This document shows positions 40,274 through 50,339 of a DNA stretch of 64,000 nt, one piece after another (within the stretch, counting starts at the first letter, position 1; every line of letters begins with the position of its first letter). The notes beneath the pieces were generated by a model, which saw only the letters and a program-made list of their open reading frames with translations, was not told where the DNA came from and did not search any database. Source of the DNA: Candidatus Bathyarchaeota archaeon (lineage in GTDB: Archaea; Thermoproteota; Bathyarchaeia; Bathyarchaeales; Bathycorpusculaceae); the NCBI GenBank assembly GCA_963811105.1, contig CAWEPZ010000011.1, forward strand, positions 352,001-416,000, written 5' to 3'. The translations under genes were made by a program, and so were the position numbers.

Positions 40274-40531
40274 TTAAGAAGCATTGGTTTCTTTGGGTTT
40301 TGGTTGTTTTATCCAAACCTTTGCTTTGTTTTGTACTCTTACTCGTGACTCTGTCTGCAATAGCTTAACCTGTGCCTGAATCAGCCTATCGTCACTTGTG
40401 GCGAATTCTTTTTTTATAGCGTCTTCAAGCTTTGGCAAATTGATGTGTTCAATTGCTCCTACTATGCTCCAGAAATTCTGCTGAATTTTTTCTCTTTTCC
40501 TAAGTGCTTCTAGATCCGACACATATCTCAT
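40274..40531 (-). CDS. Small hypothetical protein, possibly wHTH-like
   Basis: 85 aa, three helices plus C-terminal beta hairpin pattern. Confidence 0.6.
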   Translation of the reverse strand: MRYVSDLEALRKREKIQQNFWSIVGAIEHINLPKLEDAIKKEFATSDDRLIQAQVKLLQTESRVRVQNKAKVWIKQPKPKETNAS

Positions 40532-40761
40532 TCTAATCGGAAAGGGTTTAGGATCTATTTGATATCAACATTACGCTTTAAGCTCTCAAATGTTTAAACT
40601 TTCAAGCAATAAATATTCCCTCTCCACCAATGTCGATTTAGCAGTTGAAATCTATTATCAAAATTGATACCTCATCTTCTCCAACTCAATCACAGTAGAG
40701 GCGAAAAACAAAATTGACAGTTTCTATTCATAACTGATCATAAACTAAAATAAATGGAAAA

Positions 40762-40884
40762 TTAACCATATTCTCTTGCGCAGAAAGGTATTTCGTCCTT
40801 TGCTTTGTGGAAAGTTACACATTCTTGACAGTTGCTGTGGCGTGGACAATCCTTTTTGGGGCATGGACAATTAGGAGCAGACAT
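40762..40884 (-). CDS. Small Cys/His-rich metal-binding protein (DUF6485-like)
   Basis: MSAPNCPCPKKDCPRHSNCQECVTFH...PFC; start placed at the internal ATG. Confidence 0.7.
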   Translation of the reverse strand: MSAPNCPCPKKDCPRHSNCQECVTFHKAKDEIPFCAREYG

Positions 40885-40972
40885 AACAAAAGTAAATCGA
40901 AGCATTCCTATATTAGTTCTTTTGGGAAAACTATAGAAATATGCTTGCAAATTATGGGTAGGAAGAATTAAG

Positions 40973-41791
40973 ATGGCTCGTGCTGTTCGTTCATTACAAA
41001 GGCTCGTTCTTTATCTAATAATTACCTTAATCCTCACTGTAATGACGCTTTATATTTTTCATCAGTTTATAGCTACAACTATTAGCTTACCCGTACTGAT
41101 TGAGGAAGCTGTAAGAATACTAATTATCATTATTTTTTCGTTAGCAGCAATATCCATCATTCGCCATTTTAGACCCCTTTTGACACAACGAATTGGAAAC
41201 CAAGCTTCAACAATCTTGCAGTACGTTATACTCGTCGTAACATTTGTAGCAATGATCTTTGGCATACTAAACACATTAGCGCCAGGGTCTGCTTCTGAAC
41301 TTATAACAGGGGCGGGAATTATCTCAATCACTGCAGGTCTTATCATATCCACGTTTGTTGGCAGTTTACTGTCAGGTTTCCTAGTTTTCACCAATTACCA
41401 TTTCAAAGTAGGAGATGACGTAATGTTCAACAATATTCCTGGGCAGATTATAGAGATGACAGCCCTTGTCATGAGAATACAAACCGATGTGGGACAAGTT
41501 ACTATTCCAAACAGTGCGATCGCTTCAGGCGGTGTAATTATAACCGTGGTCCAAAAATACCCAGCGTTAAAAGAAGGCAGATTACACTACAGATTAGGCG
41601 ACAGAGTAATAACCTCTTACTTGAACGAGCAGGGAATCATCAAAGAAATAACACCCTTAAACACCACAATCCAACTGGATTCAGGAAAAGAAATAACCTT
41701 TCTCAACAACAGCATCCTTTCCGGAGCAATACCAATAGCAAAAATTTCAGGTTCATCAAACGATAAGAAGGGGCAAACAACGCAGTATTAA
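40973..41791 (+). CDS. MscS-family mechanosensitive channel with duplicated beta domain
   Basis: TM helices, FKVGDDV...G.I...IPNS, second YRLGDRV...FLNN. Confidence 0.85.
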   Translation: MARAVRSLQRLVLYLIITLILTVMTLYIFHQFIATTISLPVLIEEAVRILIIIIFSLAAISIIRHFRPLLTQRIGNQASTILQYVILVVTFVAMIFGILNTLAPGSASELITGAGIISITAGLIISTFVGSLLSGFLVFTNYHFKVGDDVMFNNIPGQIIEMTALVMRIQTDVGQVTIPNSAIASGGVIITVVQKYPALKEGRLHYRLGDRVITSYLNEQGIIKEITPLNTTIQLDSGKEITFLNNSILSGAIPIAKISGSSNDKKGQTTQY

Positions 41792-42216
41792 TTAGCAAGC
41801 GCTTGATTTGACTTCAAACTGTTAATTAACCATGACCGCTGTCCACTTTTAAGCACACTATAGTTCGCCTTGGCTTGATTCCCATTTTTCCTATTCTTCC
41901 ATTTATTTCTAAGCGGCAGAGGAAAAAACCGTTTCCATCCAATCTCAGCAGTAACTGCAATTTCATGGGACCTAATCCTATCCATCGGCTACATGTTGTA
42001 TTGAAGTTTTGGTGGAAAAGTCATCGGCTAAGTCATTCAGTTAACACCAACCTTGGATGTTTAATTCGGAATACACTAAGTCATTGAATTCTTGGTTATG
42101 ATGCTGTAAGTTTTGGTCCTCGCTATTGGTGTTTCAATGCTTAGGCACAAATCACAACCGGTGGCACGGGAAAACTAAAAGATTATCTTTGGATTTTGGA
42201 CGTTTGCTTTTCTCAC

Positions 42217-42233
42217 TATAGAAATATTCTATA
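42217..42233. promoter_or_regulatory. Perfect 7-3-7 inverted repeat overlapping the glyA TATA-like box
   Basis: TATAGAA-ATA-TTCTATA. Confidence 0.4.
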
Positions 42234-42363
42234 TAGTAATGTTCGTGTATAATGTCGTGCAAAATGCCTGCAGGCTATGTTTCAAATTCAACTTGAACAC
42301 TCATTTGAATCCAGTAACGGCTAAATACTGCAAAGCCTAATTCCGTTGATGACTTAAGCACGT

Positions 42364-43716
42364 GTGGAAGAACAAAAAATGGAAAAGTTCTCAAATCTAG
42401 TCCTAAACCTTCTAGAAGCAAGCAGCAAACATGAACAATATCGCGACAAAGAATGCATAAACATGATTGCAAGCGAAGGACTCAAATCGCCAGCAGTCAA
42501 CCAAATGCTTGACCTCTCGCATGACCTAGACGCAAGATATGCAGAAGGAGAAAACGACGCCCAAGGTCACGTTAAAAAACGGTATTACCAAGGACAAAAA
42601 TACATGTCCCAAATTGAAGATTATGCAACGGACATAATGAAAAGCCTATTCAAAACAGAATGGGCAGATGTTAGACTTGTTTCAGGCACCCATGCCAACC
42701 TTGCCACTTTCAAAGGTTTATCTTTAGCCACAAAAAACAACAAAATGGTTGTCACCCCACTGAGCTGCGGTGCACATATTTCTCATGATTACACTGGGTT
42801 AGCAGGTAACATTTTGGGTTTAGATAATATTAATCATGTATATAACATAGACGAATTCAACATTGACCCTGAAAAGTCAGCCTACGTTATCCGCGCTGCT
42901 AAACCAGGCATAGTTACTTTCGGCGGCAGCCTCTTTTTGTTCCCACACCCAATTAAAGAGCTCAAAGCTGTATGCGAAGAAGTGGGCGCATTCATAGCAT
43001 ATGATGCGTCACATGTTTTAGGTTTAATTGCCGGAGGCGAATTCCAAGACCCCTTGCGAGAAGGAGCAGACTTCATCACTTCTTCAACTCACAAAACGTT
43101 CCCAGGACCCCAAGGCGGAGTCATCATGGGAAACCCAACCAGTCCAGCACTAGAAAAAGCTGTCAAGAAAATACAGTTTGCGATTTTCCCTCTTAGCGCT
43201 TCAAGCACTCACCTAGGCAGATTACCAGCGCTAAGCGTGGCTGCTTTAGAAATGAAGGTTTTCGGCGCTGAACTATCTAGGCAAATAGTTAAGAATGCTC
43301 AGACTGCTGGACAATACCTATGTGAAAACGGTGTTAAAGTTCTCGCGGAGAAAAAAGGATTTACTAGGTCTCATCAGATTGCGGTTGATATTCGGAGCTA
43401 TGGCGGCGGCAACAAAATTGCTCAAGACCTCGAAGACGCAAACATAATTCTAAACAAAAACCTCTTGCCTTATGACGACCAAAGCAGCAAAGAAAATCCT
43501 TCAGGACTTCGCATAGGTTTTCAAGACATTACTAGAAGAGGCTTCGTGGAAGGCGACACTAAACACCTCTGCGACCTCATGCTTGACGTAATAAAGGCTA
43601 AACGCAAACCCGTGCAGGTTAAACAAGATGTGTTATCGTTAAAGAATGAGTTTGTAGGAGTTAAATACGGCTTCCAAAACGCACAAGAAGCACTTAGTTA
43701 CGTCAAAAAAGCGTAG
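42364..43716 (+). CDS. glyA: Serine hydroxymethyltransferase (archaeal type)
   Basis: MIASE, YAEG, GAHISH, YDASHVLG, SSTHKTFPGPQGG, SGLRIG. Confidence 0.96.
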   Translation: MEEQKMEKFSNLVLNLLEASSKHEQYRDKECINMIASEGLKSPAVNQMLDLSHDLDARYAEGENDAQGHVKKRYYQGQKYMSQIEDYATDIMKSLFKTEWADVRLVSGTHANLATFKGLSLATKNNKMVVTPLSCGAHISHDYTGLAGNILGLDNINHVYNIDEFNIDPEKSAYVIRAAKPGIVTFGGSLFLFPHPIKELKAVCEEVGAFIAYDASHVLGLIAGGEFQDPLREGADFITSSTHKTFPGPQGGVIMGNPTSPALEKAVKKIQFAIFPLSASSTHLGRLPALSVAALEMKVFGAELSRQIVKNAQTAGQYLCENGVKVLAEKKGFTRSHQIAVDIRSYGGGNKIAQDLEDANIILNKNLLPYDDQSSKENPSGLRIGFQDITRRGFVEGDTKHLCDLMLDVIKAKRKPVQVKQDVLSLKNEFVGVKYGFQNAQEALSYVKKA

Positions 43717-43821
43717 AAAGCCCTCACCGCTTTTAAAAGTGGTTAAACAATAGGCAAAAATCCACTAAATTGAAGACTAAGCTTAAATCTTAAAGAGAAA
43801 ATTCTTTTTTAAGCTGAAAAC

Positions 43822-44109
43822 ATGATGGCAGACATTCTAATGATCTTCGTTTCAATCATAGCCTTAGCTTTTACAGCATTTTTCATATTGCTGCCAAGGT
43901 ATGGTCCCCACACCATTTCAAGATTAACATGTCCAAAATGCAAGAGAAAATTCAACTACCACTGGGTTGCTGGATTAAGCTTCATTTCTCTTTACCGCGG
44001 AAGCAAACGACGGCTTCACTGCCCCTACTGCAACGAAGTATCCATTTATGAAATATCGTTAACCAAAATCAGCAAAGAGCAACTCAAACTCTTGAAAAGC
44101 AAAACTTAA
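43822..44109 (+). CDS. Single-TM Zn-ribbon protein
   Basis: N-terminal TM, CPKC...CPYC. Confidence 0.75.
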   Translation: MMADILMIFVSIIALAFTAFFILLPRYGPHTISRLTCPKCKRKFNYHWVAGLSFISLYRGSKRRLHCPYCNEVSIYEISLTKISKEQLKLLKSKT

Positions 44110-44210
44110 CCAATTGGACAAAATCTCTGATCGTTAAAAGATTAATATTCTTGGTTGCCAATCAACTTTAAATCTTAAAGCTTGATAACCACTTAAAGGA
44201 GCGGACGTAA

Positions 44211-45392
44211 GTGAAAGTACTGTTAAATGATGGTCTAGAAAAAGATGGCTTAAAACTCATCCAAGAAGCCGGCATCGAGACAGACACCCAAAAAAGAGAC
44301 CAAACCAAACTCATTGCTGACATCCCTGAGTTTGACGCGCTGATAGTGCGAAGCGCCACTAAAGTAACCAAAGAAATAATTGAAGCAGGCGCAAAAGGCA
44401 AACTCAAAATCATCGGAAGAGCAGGTGTAGGATACGACAACATTGATGTTGCAGCCGCCTCAGAAAATGGAATAGTTGTAAAATCTGCTCCCTACGGAAG
44501 CACCAATGCTGTGGCAGAATTAACCATCTGTTTGATGCTTGCTACCTCAAGAAATACTCCTCAAGCACATCAAGCACTAAAAAATGGCATATGGAAAAAA
44601 GATAAACTCAAAGGAACCGAGCTCTCCTACAAGACCTTGGGTATTTTAGGCTGCGGCCGAATCGGCCAAAGACTCGCCGAGGTGGCAAGACGCGGCTTTG
44701 ACATGGAAATAATCGGTTACGATATTAAACCGTGCCCTGAATCAGGCATAAAATTCATGACTAAAGAGCAAGTCCTCACAAAAGCCGATTACATAAGCAT
44801 CCATACAGGCGGAAAAGACATAGTGATCGGCGAAAAAGAACTCGCCCTAATGAAGAAGACTTCTTACCTCGTTAACACTTCAAGAGGCAGTAATGTAGAT
44901 GAACAAGCTTTGTACAAAGCGCTTAAAGAATCGAAAATCGCTGGTGCTGCACTTGACGTTTACATTGATGAACCTAAAGTCGAAGGAGGAGAATTCAAAA
45001 GCAAACTTAAGGAACTCGACACCGTGGTACTCAGCAGCCATCTTGGCGCCTCAACAGTCGAAGCTCAAAGAGAAACCTCAACCGAAATAGCTCGTGTGGT
45101 TTCAAGTTACCTCTTAGGTGGAGATTTTTTGAATGCTGTGAATGCAGGTGAAAGCATCGAGCTCGAAGAAATCCCAGTGCACACACTATTTATCCATCAT
45201 CGAGATGTGCCGGGTGTTTTCGCAAACATTGATAAAGTTCTTGCTGACTGCGACATAAACATAAGAGCAAACTACTCACGACAAATCGGAAGGGGGTACG
45301 CCATATCGATTTATGTTCTTCACAAAAAAGTTGCCGCAGAAATCATAAAGAAGCTCAAAGCCATACCTAATGTTTGCAATGTGAAAGTTTGA
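44211..45392 (+). CDS. serA: D-3-phosphoglycerate dehydrogenase with C-terminal ACT domain
   Basis: GRAGVGYDNID, GCGRIG, NTSRG, HLGAST.EAQ, H.DVPGV. Confidence 0.88.
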   Translation: MKVLLNDGLEKDGLKLIQEAGIETDTQKRDQTKLIADIPEFDALIVRSATKVTKEIIEAGAKGKLKIIGRAGVGYDNIDVAAASENGIVVKSAPYGSTNAVAELTICLMLATSRNTPQAHQALKNGIWKKDKLKGTELSYKTLGILGCGRIGQRLAEVARRGFDMEIIGYDIKPCPESGIKFMTKEQVLTKADYISIHTGGKDIVIGEKELALMKKTSYLVNTSRGSNVDEQALYKALKESKIAGAALDVYIDEPKVEGGEFKSKLKELDTVVLSSHLGASTVEAQRETSTEIARVVSSYLLGGDFLNAVNAGESIELEEIPVHTLFIHHRDVPGVFANIDKVLADCDINIRANYSRQIGRGYAISIYVLHKKVAAEIIKKLKAIPNVCNVKV

Positions 45393-45447
45393 ACTTTATT
45401 TGCTTTTCAAGCAGCAATATAAATCAGTTTTCGTTTTTAAGGTAGCC

Positions 45448-46128
45448 ATGCGACTGGGAATTCTGTTTTCAGGCGGCAAAGACTCAACCCTCGCCATTCA
45501 CTATGCGGCAGAAAAAGAAGAAGCCGTATGTCTCATTACATTGGTTTCGGAAAACAAAGAGAGCTTCATGTTTCACACTCCTAACATTGAGGTTTCTGAA
45601 CTTCAGGCAGAGGCATTAGGATTACCTCAATTGACAAAAATTACAAAGGGCGAAAAAGAAAAAGAACTCAGGGATTTGGAAGATGCAATTGCTGAGGCAG
45701 CAAAAGAGCACCAGATTGAAGGGATTGTGACTGGAGCGGTGGAATCAGTTTACCAGGCAGAACGCGTCCAGCGCATTTGTTACAAGCTTGGACTTTGGTG
45801 CTTTAACCCCCTGTGGAAGCATGACCAAAAAGCTCTTCTGGAGGAACTACTTGAAAAACAATTTAAAGTAGTTATTTCAGGTATTTTCGCTTATCCACTT
45901 GATGGTACTTGGCTTGGAAAACAAATAGACACCAAAATAATTGAAAGGTTAGTTGAGCTTCAGCAAAAATATGGGTTGAGCCCTTCAGGAGAAGGTGGCG
46001 AGATCGAAACAACTGTTTTGGATGCACCGCTGTTCAAGAAGAAAATCGAAATCCTTGATTCTAGTTTTGAGTCGAAGGGGAATTCAGGAGTATTTACAAT
46101 TTTGAAGGCTCGGCTGATTTCGAAATGA
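45448..46128 (+). CDS. Diphthine--ammonia ligase (Dph6/MJ0570 PP-loop family)
   Basis: LFSGGKDS, SFMFH, YQ..RV, PLW, GEGGEIET; start placed at MRLGILF. Confidence 0.88.
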   Translation: MRLGILFSGGKDSTLAIHYAAEKEEAVCLITLVSENKESFMFHTPNIEVSELQAEALGLPQLTKITKGEKEKELRDLEDAIAEAAKEHQIEGIVTGAVESVYQAERVQRICYKLGLWCFNPLWKHDQKALLEELLEKQFKVVISGIFAYPLDGTWLGKQIDTKIIERLVELQQKYGLSPSGEGGEIETTVLDAPLFKKKIEILDSSFESKGNSGVFTILKARLISK

Positions 46129-46676
46129 TTTTGGTTGTTGACATGAATTGGAAGAAGAACTCGCTGGGCGTATACGAGTTCGTTTCACCCATTCTGGTGG
46201 TAGTTCAGAAACTGGATAAATGTAGGTTTAAGCATTATAGTGAAGTAACCGATGAAGACCTAAACTCTTGCAGCAAGGTTATTCTTTCAGGCACAGCACT
46301 CAAAGATACAGCAACTTTAAACGAACCTGAGAAGTTTCAGTGGCTCAAGGAAATAGACAAGCCGGTGTTGGGCATATGTGCAGGCATGGAAACAATAGGC
46401 ATGGTTTATGGGGCTCGCTTGGCGGAATGCGCAGAAATAGGTATGACACCGATAACTACATTGATGAAGAATTCGCTTTTTTTCGGGGACTATAGGGCTT
46501 ATTCTCTGCACAGCTACTGCGTCGAAGCTTCCGGAGTCTTTGAGGTTTGGGCACAATCGGCAAAATGCATTCAGGCGATAAAACACAAGAACAAAAAAAT
46601 CTATGCCGTACTGTTCCACCCTGAAGTTAGAAACCTGGAAATTCTAGAAAATTTCATTCGAAAAAATGATATTTAG
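46125..46676 (+). CDS. Stand-alone class I glutamine amidotransferase
   Basis: ILSG, PVLGICAG, FHPE triad; ATGA overlap with the Dph6-family gene. Confidence 0.88.
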   Translation: MILVVDMNWKKNSLGVYEFVSPILVVVQKLDKCRFKHYSEVTDEDLNSCSKVILSGTALKDTATLNEPEKFQWLKEIDKPVLGICAGMETIGMVYGARLAECAEIGMTPITTLMKNSLFFGDYRAYSLHSYCVEASGVFEVWAQSAKCIQAIKHKNKKIYAVLFHPEVRNLEILENFIRKNDI

Positions 46677-46808
46677 TTTGTCTCTTTATTTTGGAAAAAG
46701 CATTACTCTTTAATATCGAAATTTATTTAGTAGCCAAGCTAGGTCCAACTTACTACGCTAAGAGATAAAAGCACGTTTTTTCAGTAATATAACAAAGGAG
46801 TTTTCGTC

Positions 46809-49211
46809 TTGCAGAAATTACCAGTAGAGAAACTGCGCAAAGTATGCGATCCTAGTTTTATGCAATGTGAATCAACTCATAACCTCGTTCCTTTAGGCGA
46901 AATTATAGGCCAAGAAAGAGCCGTTCGAGCCTTAAAATTCGGGCTCGGTATAAAAAATCATGGTTTCAACATGTATGTTGCAGGCTACCCTGGAACAGGT
47001 AGAAAAACCACTGTTAAAAATTTCGTGGAAGCTCAAGCGAAAGTTCAGCCTATCCCACCTGACTGGTGCTACGTCAATAATTTTTCTAACCCTTATGAGC
47101 CCAGAGCAATCCAGCTGCCAGCTGGAAAAGGAAAAAAATTTCGCGATGACATGAAGAATCTTATTGAAAATATCAAGACTGCATTACCAAAGGCTTTTGA
47201 AAGTGAAGATTACGCTGCAAGAAGAGAAACTACAATCCGAGAACTGGAAAATCAAAGAAAACAGTTGATTGACGAATTAAGTGCAAAAGCTCTGCAAGAA
47301 GGCTTTGTAATTCAAAGCACTCCAATTGGCTTGATCCTTATTCCAGTATTAGATGGCAAACCGCTCAGCGAAGAAGAAATGTTAGCATTGCCACAAAAAG
47401 CAAAGGATAGAATTCAAGAGAAACGCGAAAAACTGGAAACGGAATTCCGAAACACAATGAGGCAACTCACAGATATGGAAAGAAAAATCCATGAAGCTCT
47501 CAAAAAACTAAACAAAGAAGTTGCCCTCTACGCACTCGGCAACCAAGTAGAAACCCTTCTGGAAAAATACAAAGATACTCCCGAAGTTACAGCATATCTC
47601 CAAACTATAGAGAATGATATTTTGGATAACCTTCAGCAGTTCATACGAAGAGGCGAACCCCAAGAGCAGCTCCCATTTTTTATGCCCTGGATGAAAGAGG
47701 AACCCTACAAAAAATACGAGGTAAACGTGGTTATTGACAATTCAGACACTAAAGGCGCACCGGTAATCGTGGAAAGCAATCCTACGTATCATAACCTTTT
47801 GGGTAGAACTGAAAAAGAAGCCCAGTTCGGTGCATTAACTACTGATTTCAGCATGATCCGAGCTGGATCAATACACAAAGCTAATGGCGGATACCTAATA
47901 ATCCCGGTTGAAGAATTACTTAGAAACCCATTCTCATATGATGGCCTGAAAAGAGACCTCAGAGACTCAAACATAGTTATTGAAGAACCTGAAGAACGCT
48001 ATGGTTTTCTCAGTGTTAAAACGCTTAAACCTCAACCGATTCCGCTTTCAGCGAAAGTAATCCTAATTGGAACTCCCTACCTCTATCAAATGATGTTTGA
48101 GCTGGACACCGATTTTCGAGAACTCTTCAAAATAAAAGCGGAATTCGACACGACTATGGATAGAACCGAAGATAAAGTTATGCAGTATGCTGCTTGGGTA
48201 TGTACACTATGTGAAAAAGAAGGTCTTAGACACCTCCATGGTACGGGAGTTGCAAAAATTGTTGAATACAGCTCGCGGATTGTAGAAGACCGATACAAGC
48301 TGTCATTACAGTTTGCCCACATAGCAGACATAGTTCGGGAGGCAAATTTTTATGCAACACAAGACAACGCTGAATTCATAACCGGAGACCATGTCAGGAA
48401 AGCAATCGAAGAAAAAATTTACCGCTCAAAACTTATCCAAGAGAAAATTCAAGAAATGATACAAAGAGGATTCTTCTTAATTGATACTTCTGAAGAGAGA
48501 GTTGGTCAAGTAAACGGTTTATCAGTTATAGGAATGGGTGACTTTGCTTTCGGTAATCCTTCAAGAGTAACAGCAAGCATAGGCTTAGGTAGAGAGGGAG
48601 TAATTGACATTGAGCGAGAAGCAAAAATGGGTGGACCTATACATACAAAGGGAGTCCTTATTCTAAGCGGCTATATGAACGACAAATATGCCAGAGATAA
48701 GCCGTTAAGCCTTTCCGCAAGACTTGTTTTCGAGCAGAACTATGAGGGAATTGAAGGTGACAGCGCATCAAGCACAGAATTATACGCTATTTTATCGTCA
48801 CTCTCTGGAATACCAATTAGACAAAACATAGCGGTAACAGGCTCAGTTAACCAGAAAGGAGAAGTTCAAGCCATAGGCGGAGTAAATGAGAAAATCGAGG
48901 GCTTCTTTGAAGTCTGCAAGTTAAAGGGACTAACGGGGCAGCAAGGAGTTATGATACCTGAAAGCAATGTTCAAAATTTAATGCTAAAAGAAGAACTTGT
49001 TGAAGCTGCAAAGGCTGGTAAATTTAGCATTTACTCAGTTAAAACAATTGATGAAGGCATCGAGGTTCTTACTGGAAAAACTGCTGGAAAACTTCGCGAA
49101 GATGGAACTTTCGAGGAAGGAACAGTAAACCAAATTGTCGACAAGCAGCTTCGGCTGATGGCTGATAAACTCAAAGAATACTCTTCTACAGAAACTCAGA
49201 AAAAACCTTAA
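46809..49211 (+). CDS. Lon-like S16 protease, soluble LonC type
   Basis: IGQERA, GYPGTGRKT, KANGGYL, EGDSASS, IGGVNEKIEG; coiled-coil insert, no TM. Confidence 0.9.
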   Translation: MQKLPVEKLRKVCDPSFMQCESTHNLVPLGEIIGQERAVRALKFGLGIKNHGFNMYVAGYPGTGRKTTVKNFVEAQAKVQPIPPDWCYVNNFSNPYEPRAIQLPAGKGKKFRDDMKNLIENIKTALPKAFESEDYAARRETTIRELENQRKQLIDELSAKALQEGFVIQSTPIGLILIPVLDGKPLSEEEMLALPQKAKDRIQEKREKLETEFRNTMRQLTDMERKIHEALKKLNKEVALYALGNQVETLLEKYKDTPEVTAYLQTIENDILDNLQQFIRRGEPQEQLPFFMPWMKEEPYKKYEVNVVIDNSDTKGAPVIVESNPTYHNLLGRTEKEAQFGALTTDFSMIRAGSIHKANGGYLIIPVEELLRNPFSYDGLKRDLRDSNIVIEEPEERYGFLSVKTLKPQPIPLSAKVILIGTPYLYQMMFELDTDFRELFKIKAEFDTTMDRTEDKVMQYAAWVCTLCEKEGLRHLHGTGVAKIVEYSSRIVEDRYKLSLQFAHIADIVREANFYATQDNAEFITGDHVRKAIEEKIYRSKLIQEKIQEMIQRGFFLIDTSEERVGQVNGLSVIGMGDFAFGNPSRVTASIGLGREGVIDIEREAKMGGPIHTKGVLILSGYMNDKYARDKPLSLSARLVFEQNYEGIEGDSASSTELYAILSSLSGIPIRQNIAVTGSVNQKGEVQAIGGVNEKIEGFFEVCKLKGLTGQQGVMIPESNVQNLMLKEELVEAAKAGKFSIYSVKTIDEGIEVLTGKTAGKLREDGTFEEGTVNQIVDKQLRLMADKLKEYSSTETQKKP

Positions 49212-49325
49212 ACCTAAATTCAATTTTTATCTTTTTTATTCGCCTTTAATTCGTTAGTTTGAATATTGATTCTGAATCCTTAAAGCTTATTTTATCCATT
49301 AACAATGAAGTAGCCAGGTGCAAAC

Positions 49326-49550
49326 TTGTTTACCTCAAAAATTCGCCGTAAACGTAGTAAAACAATGACAATCGTTATGCTCCCAGCACTCATCTTCTTG
49401 TTTATTTTGGGATGGGGTATGTACTGGATCGGCAATGGAAAAAGGACAAGCATAGTAAAGAATAAACCAACAATTGAAGAAAAAATGCAAGACAACGTAA
49501 CGATTTTACCTATCGTTTACGAAGAAAAACAAGAAATAAGCTGTGAATGA
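49326..49550 (+). CDS. Small single-TM protein
   Basis: MLPALIFLFILGWGMYWIG helix. Confidence 0.6.
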   Translation: MFTSKIRRKRSKTMTIVMLPALIFLFILGWGMYWIGNGKRTSIVKNKPTIEEKMQDNVTILPIVYEEKQEISCE

Positions 49551-49682
49551 TGCAATAAGCAACCACTTCTATTTTCATTATTTGCTAATTCTTAACTAAA
49601 TACTTTTAATACAGTTTGCATGCTTGTTGCTGATATAATACAACCACAACTCCATTTATACCACGAAAAGAGTTGTTTATTT

Positions 49683-49826
49683 GCGAGAAATAGCCATCCA
49701 AGAGGTACACCCATGCTTGGCGGGTCAGCAGTTAGACAAGACGCGAATCGAGGTGCCCTGACCATTCAGGTGCTTGTTTTGATTCGCGCCCTGGATTGAC
49801 GTGGGCGGTCCGCCAAGCCTGCTTTT
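49683..49826 (+). ncRNA. Candidate structured RNA (rod-like hairpin 49715-49818)
   Basis: GCTTGGCGG/CCGCCAAGC, GTCAG/TTGAC, CGCGAATCGA/TTGATTCGCG, CCTGA/TCAGG; TTTATA at 49655; T-rich after. Confidence 0.5.
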
Positions 49827-49906
49827 AGTTACTTTTGCATTGAGTTTAGTTGGTTTTATGTATAGAATTTATTAAGGGTTAGACGCAATGCTATTTGTGA
49901 GCTAAA

Positions 49907-50260
49907 TTGAGTTATAAAGCAAACATGCATCCGAGAGTTAGTCAAGCGGAAATGGCGGTACTCCAATCATTAAGTATCGCTGGGTTAACCGGCGGCATGG
50001 TCACTCAAAAACCAATTATTTTAAGGTCAACTATTCCGGATTTTTGCTGGATAGGCAAGAAGAAAATTGTTTACTTAGACGGCAAACCGGTGCATAAAAG
50101 TGATAAGCAGCATGATCATGACGAGGAAATCGATGACCTTCTAACTTCTAAAGGCTGGGACGTTCTAAGAATTCCATACGACCCGCCCCTGACCGAGAAA
50201 GGTTTGCAGGAAATTATGGCAACAATAAAACGTTTCCTAAACGTTGACGAGGAAACATAA
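49907..50260 (+). CDS. DUF559/Vsr-like endonuclease domain protein
   Basis: PDF....K.VYLDG..H...D...D..L...GW.VLRI. Confidence 0.8.
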   Translation: MSYKANMHPRVSQAEMAVLQSLSIAGLTGGMVTQKPIILRSTIPDFCWIGKKKIVYLDGKPVHKSDKQHDHDEEIDDLLTSKGWDVLRIPYDPPLTEKGLQEIMATIKRFLNVDEET

Positions 50261-50339
50261 GACTTTCCAACAAATTAGTTGATTACAAGACTTGAGCATA
50301 AAAAGATATTTAACTGTAAGAGAGAACCATCTTGCGAAT

